From NCBI RefSeq assembly GCF_009914755.1, contig NC_060928.1: a stretch of 64,000 bases of DNA. One strand, written 5' to 3'. A model generated the notes under the pieces. It saw only the letters and a program-made list of their open reading frames with translations, was not told where the DNA came from and made no database searches. This document shows positions 62,723-64,000 of the stretch, in pieces. The translations under genes and the position numbers were made by a program. How positions within the stretch are numbered: the first letter of the stretch is position 1; every line of letters starts with the position of its first letter. The DNA comes from the human T2T-CHM13v2.0 reference genome, Homo sapiens.

Positions 62723-63896
62723 ACTCTTTTATGACTCTGTCCTTTTGCTCATACAACTTCTTTAGTCTACTTAGTTTTCAAGATCTAGCTCAAAAGCAAC
62801 CTCTTTGTCTAAGCCTCCTAGTTGCAATGACTTGTTCCTTCCTCTGTCTTCCATCTTGAACCTCTGTTATGGCCACTTTTGAATTCTACTTTGTGCTCTG
62901 TTAGTTTTTTATACATTGGCCTTACTCACTTAACTGTGAGCTCCTTTAGCACACCACCATATTGCGGTGGGGGAAAGCAGAGGTGTGGGGGTCACACAGG
63001 AATGGCTTTAAATCAGCTGTGCTACTTTTTAGCTGTGAGACCTTGATCAAGTCACTTTCTCTGTCTTCTCATTTTCCTCACCTAAAGAACGTGAGTAATA
63101 CTGCATAGTGTGGTAGGAAGGGCTAACTGAGATAATACTTGAAACTTCCCGATGGGATTTCGTAAGAATAAATTCTCTGTAGATGTTAATGTTGCAGCCC
63201 TTTGCCTCTTCTATAGTGATTTTTCCCTTCATTGGCATTTAAAAAGATGCAGCTGAATTGAGCTCTGAGTCCTCTGCCTTCACAGCACTACAGTAGCAGA
63301 GGTTCAAGTCAAGAGCATGAACTACTAGTATATCCAGCATGGGCAATAGAGGCGAGGACAGAAGGAAGCCACTTGGAATAGCGTCAATATGTTAGCTATG
63401 TAGGCGTTCACTCAGCTCTGGAGGACTCATCGCCTGCTTAACGAATTGTGTTAACTCCAGCCAAGCTTGCAGCTGCCTCTGATGACCTTTGAGAATTGCT
63501 GTACACCAAGCAGCGGCTGCTTCATTGCAGATAAGGCCAGAGGCAGCAAGCAGAGCTCAAGCCAGGGCTGCCCCAGGTGACCCATTTAAGCCTCTGCCAA
63601 GAGCTACTGGGGCACTGGAGTGAGAAGAGAGGGGTTAGGGGAAACTAGATACCAAGAAAATGGCAGAAAATGCGTCACAGATGATTTTACCCAGTATTGT
63701 TTACTCTGATGCCTATCCCTGTTCAGGCGCTTTGGAAAGTACTATTTTAGCCTCAGGCATTTGCCTGGGTGAGGTGGAAAAAAGAAGACGAAAGGATGTA
63801 GACCTTTGCTGGCTTATTGTTGTTGCATCTTTAATTTTCCCCAAGTGAGATATTTCAGTATTATACTGGAATAGGTATCCATCCCGAGCTGAAGAG

Positions 63897-64000
63897 CCAT
63901 GTGGAGCAGTGGTTAAGAGCAGGGCAGTGGAGCCAGGCCACCTGGTTTGACTAGCATCCTCACAACTTTTTCCCCCAGCTTTTCTGTGTAATTGACAAAT
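63897..64000 (+). mobile_element. MIR SINE 5' part
   Basis: tRNA-derived head 'gcagtggttaagagcaggg..tggagccag'. Confidence 0.7.

Overview
Non-coding, repeat-dense primate genomic DNA (intergenic or deep intronic). It is almost certainly human: there is an AluYb8 with the diagnostic 7-bp duplication and an SVA_D-like element. I find no credible protein-coding exon, RNA gene or CRISPR array; the ORF track is repeat-derived or chance. Roughly half the window is transposable elements: several L1s, about a dozen Alus, one full-length SVA, MaLR/ERV solo LTRs, hAT DNA transposons and many MIR/L2 relics. The most unusual signal is not a gene. It is a set of short segments copied from a donor 0.7-1.4 kb away: a 219-bp inverted copy splitting an AluJ, a 57-bp direct copy splitting an L1, and a ~180-bp direct copy of an LTR interior. 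There is also a snap-back hairpin scar in an L1. These look like fossil templated-insertion DNA-repair events, not a new genetic system. Repeat family names were assigned by eye from remembered consensus sequences, so subfamily calls and the boundaries of old elements are approximate.
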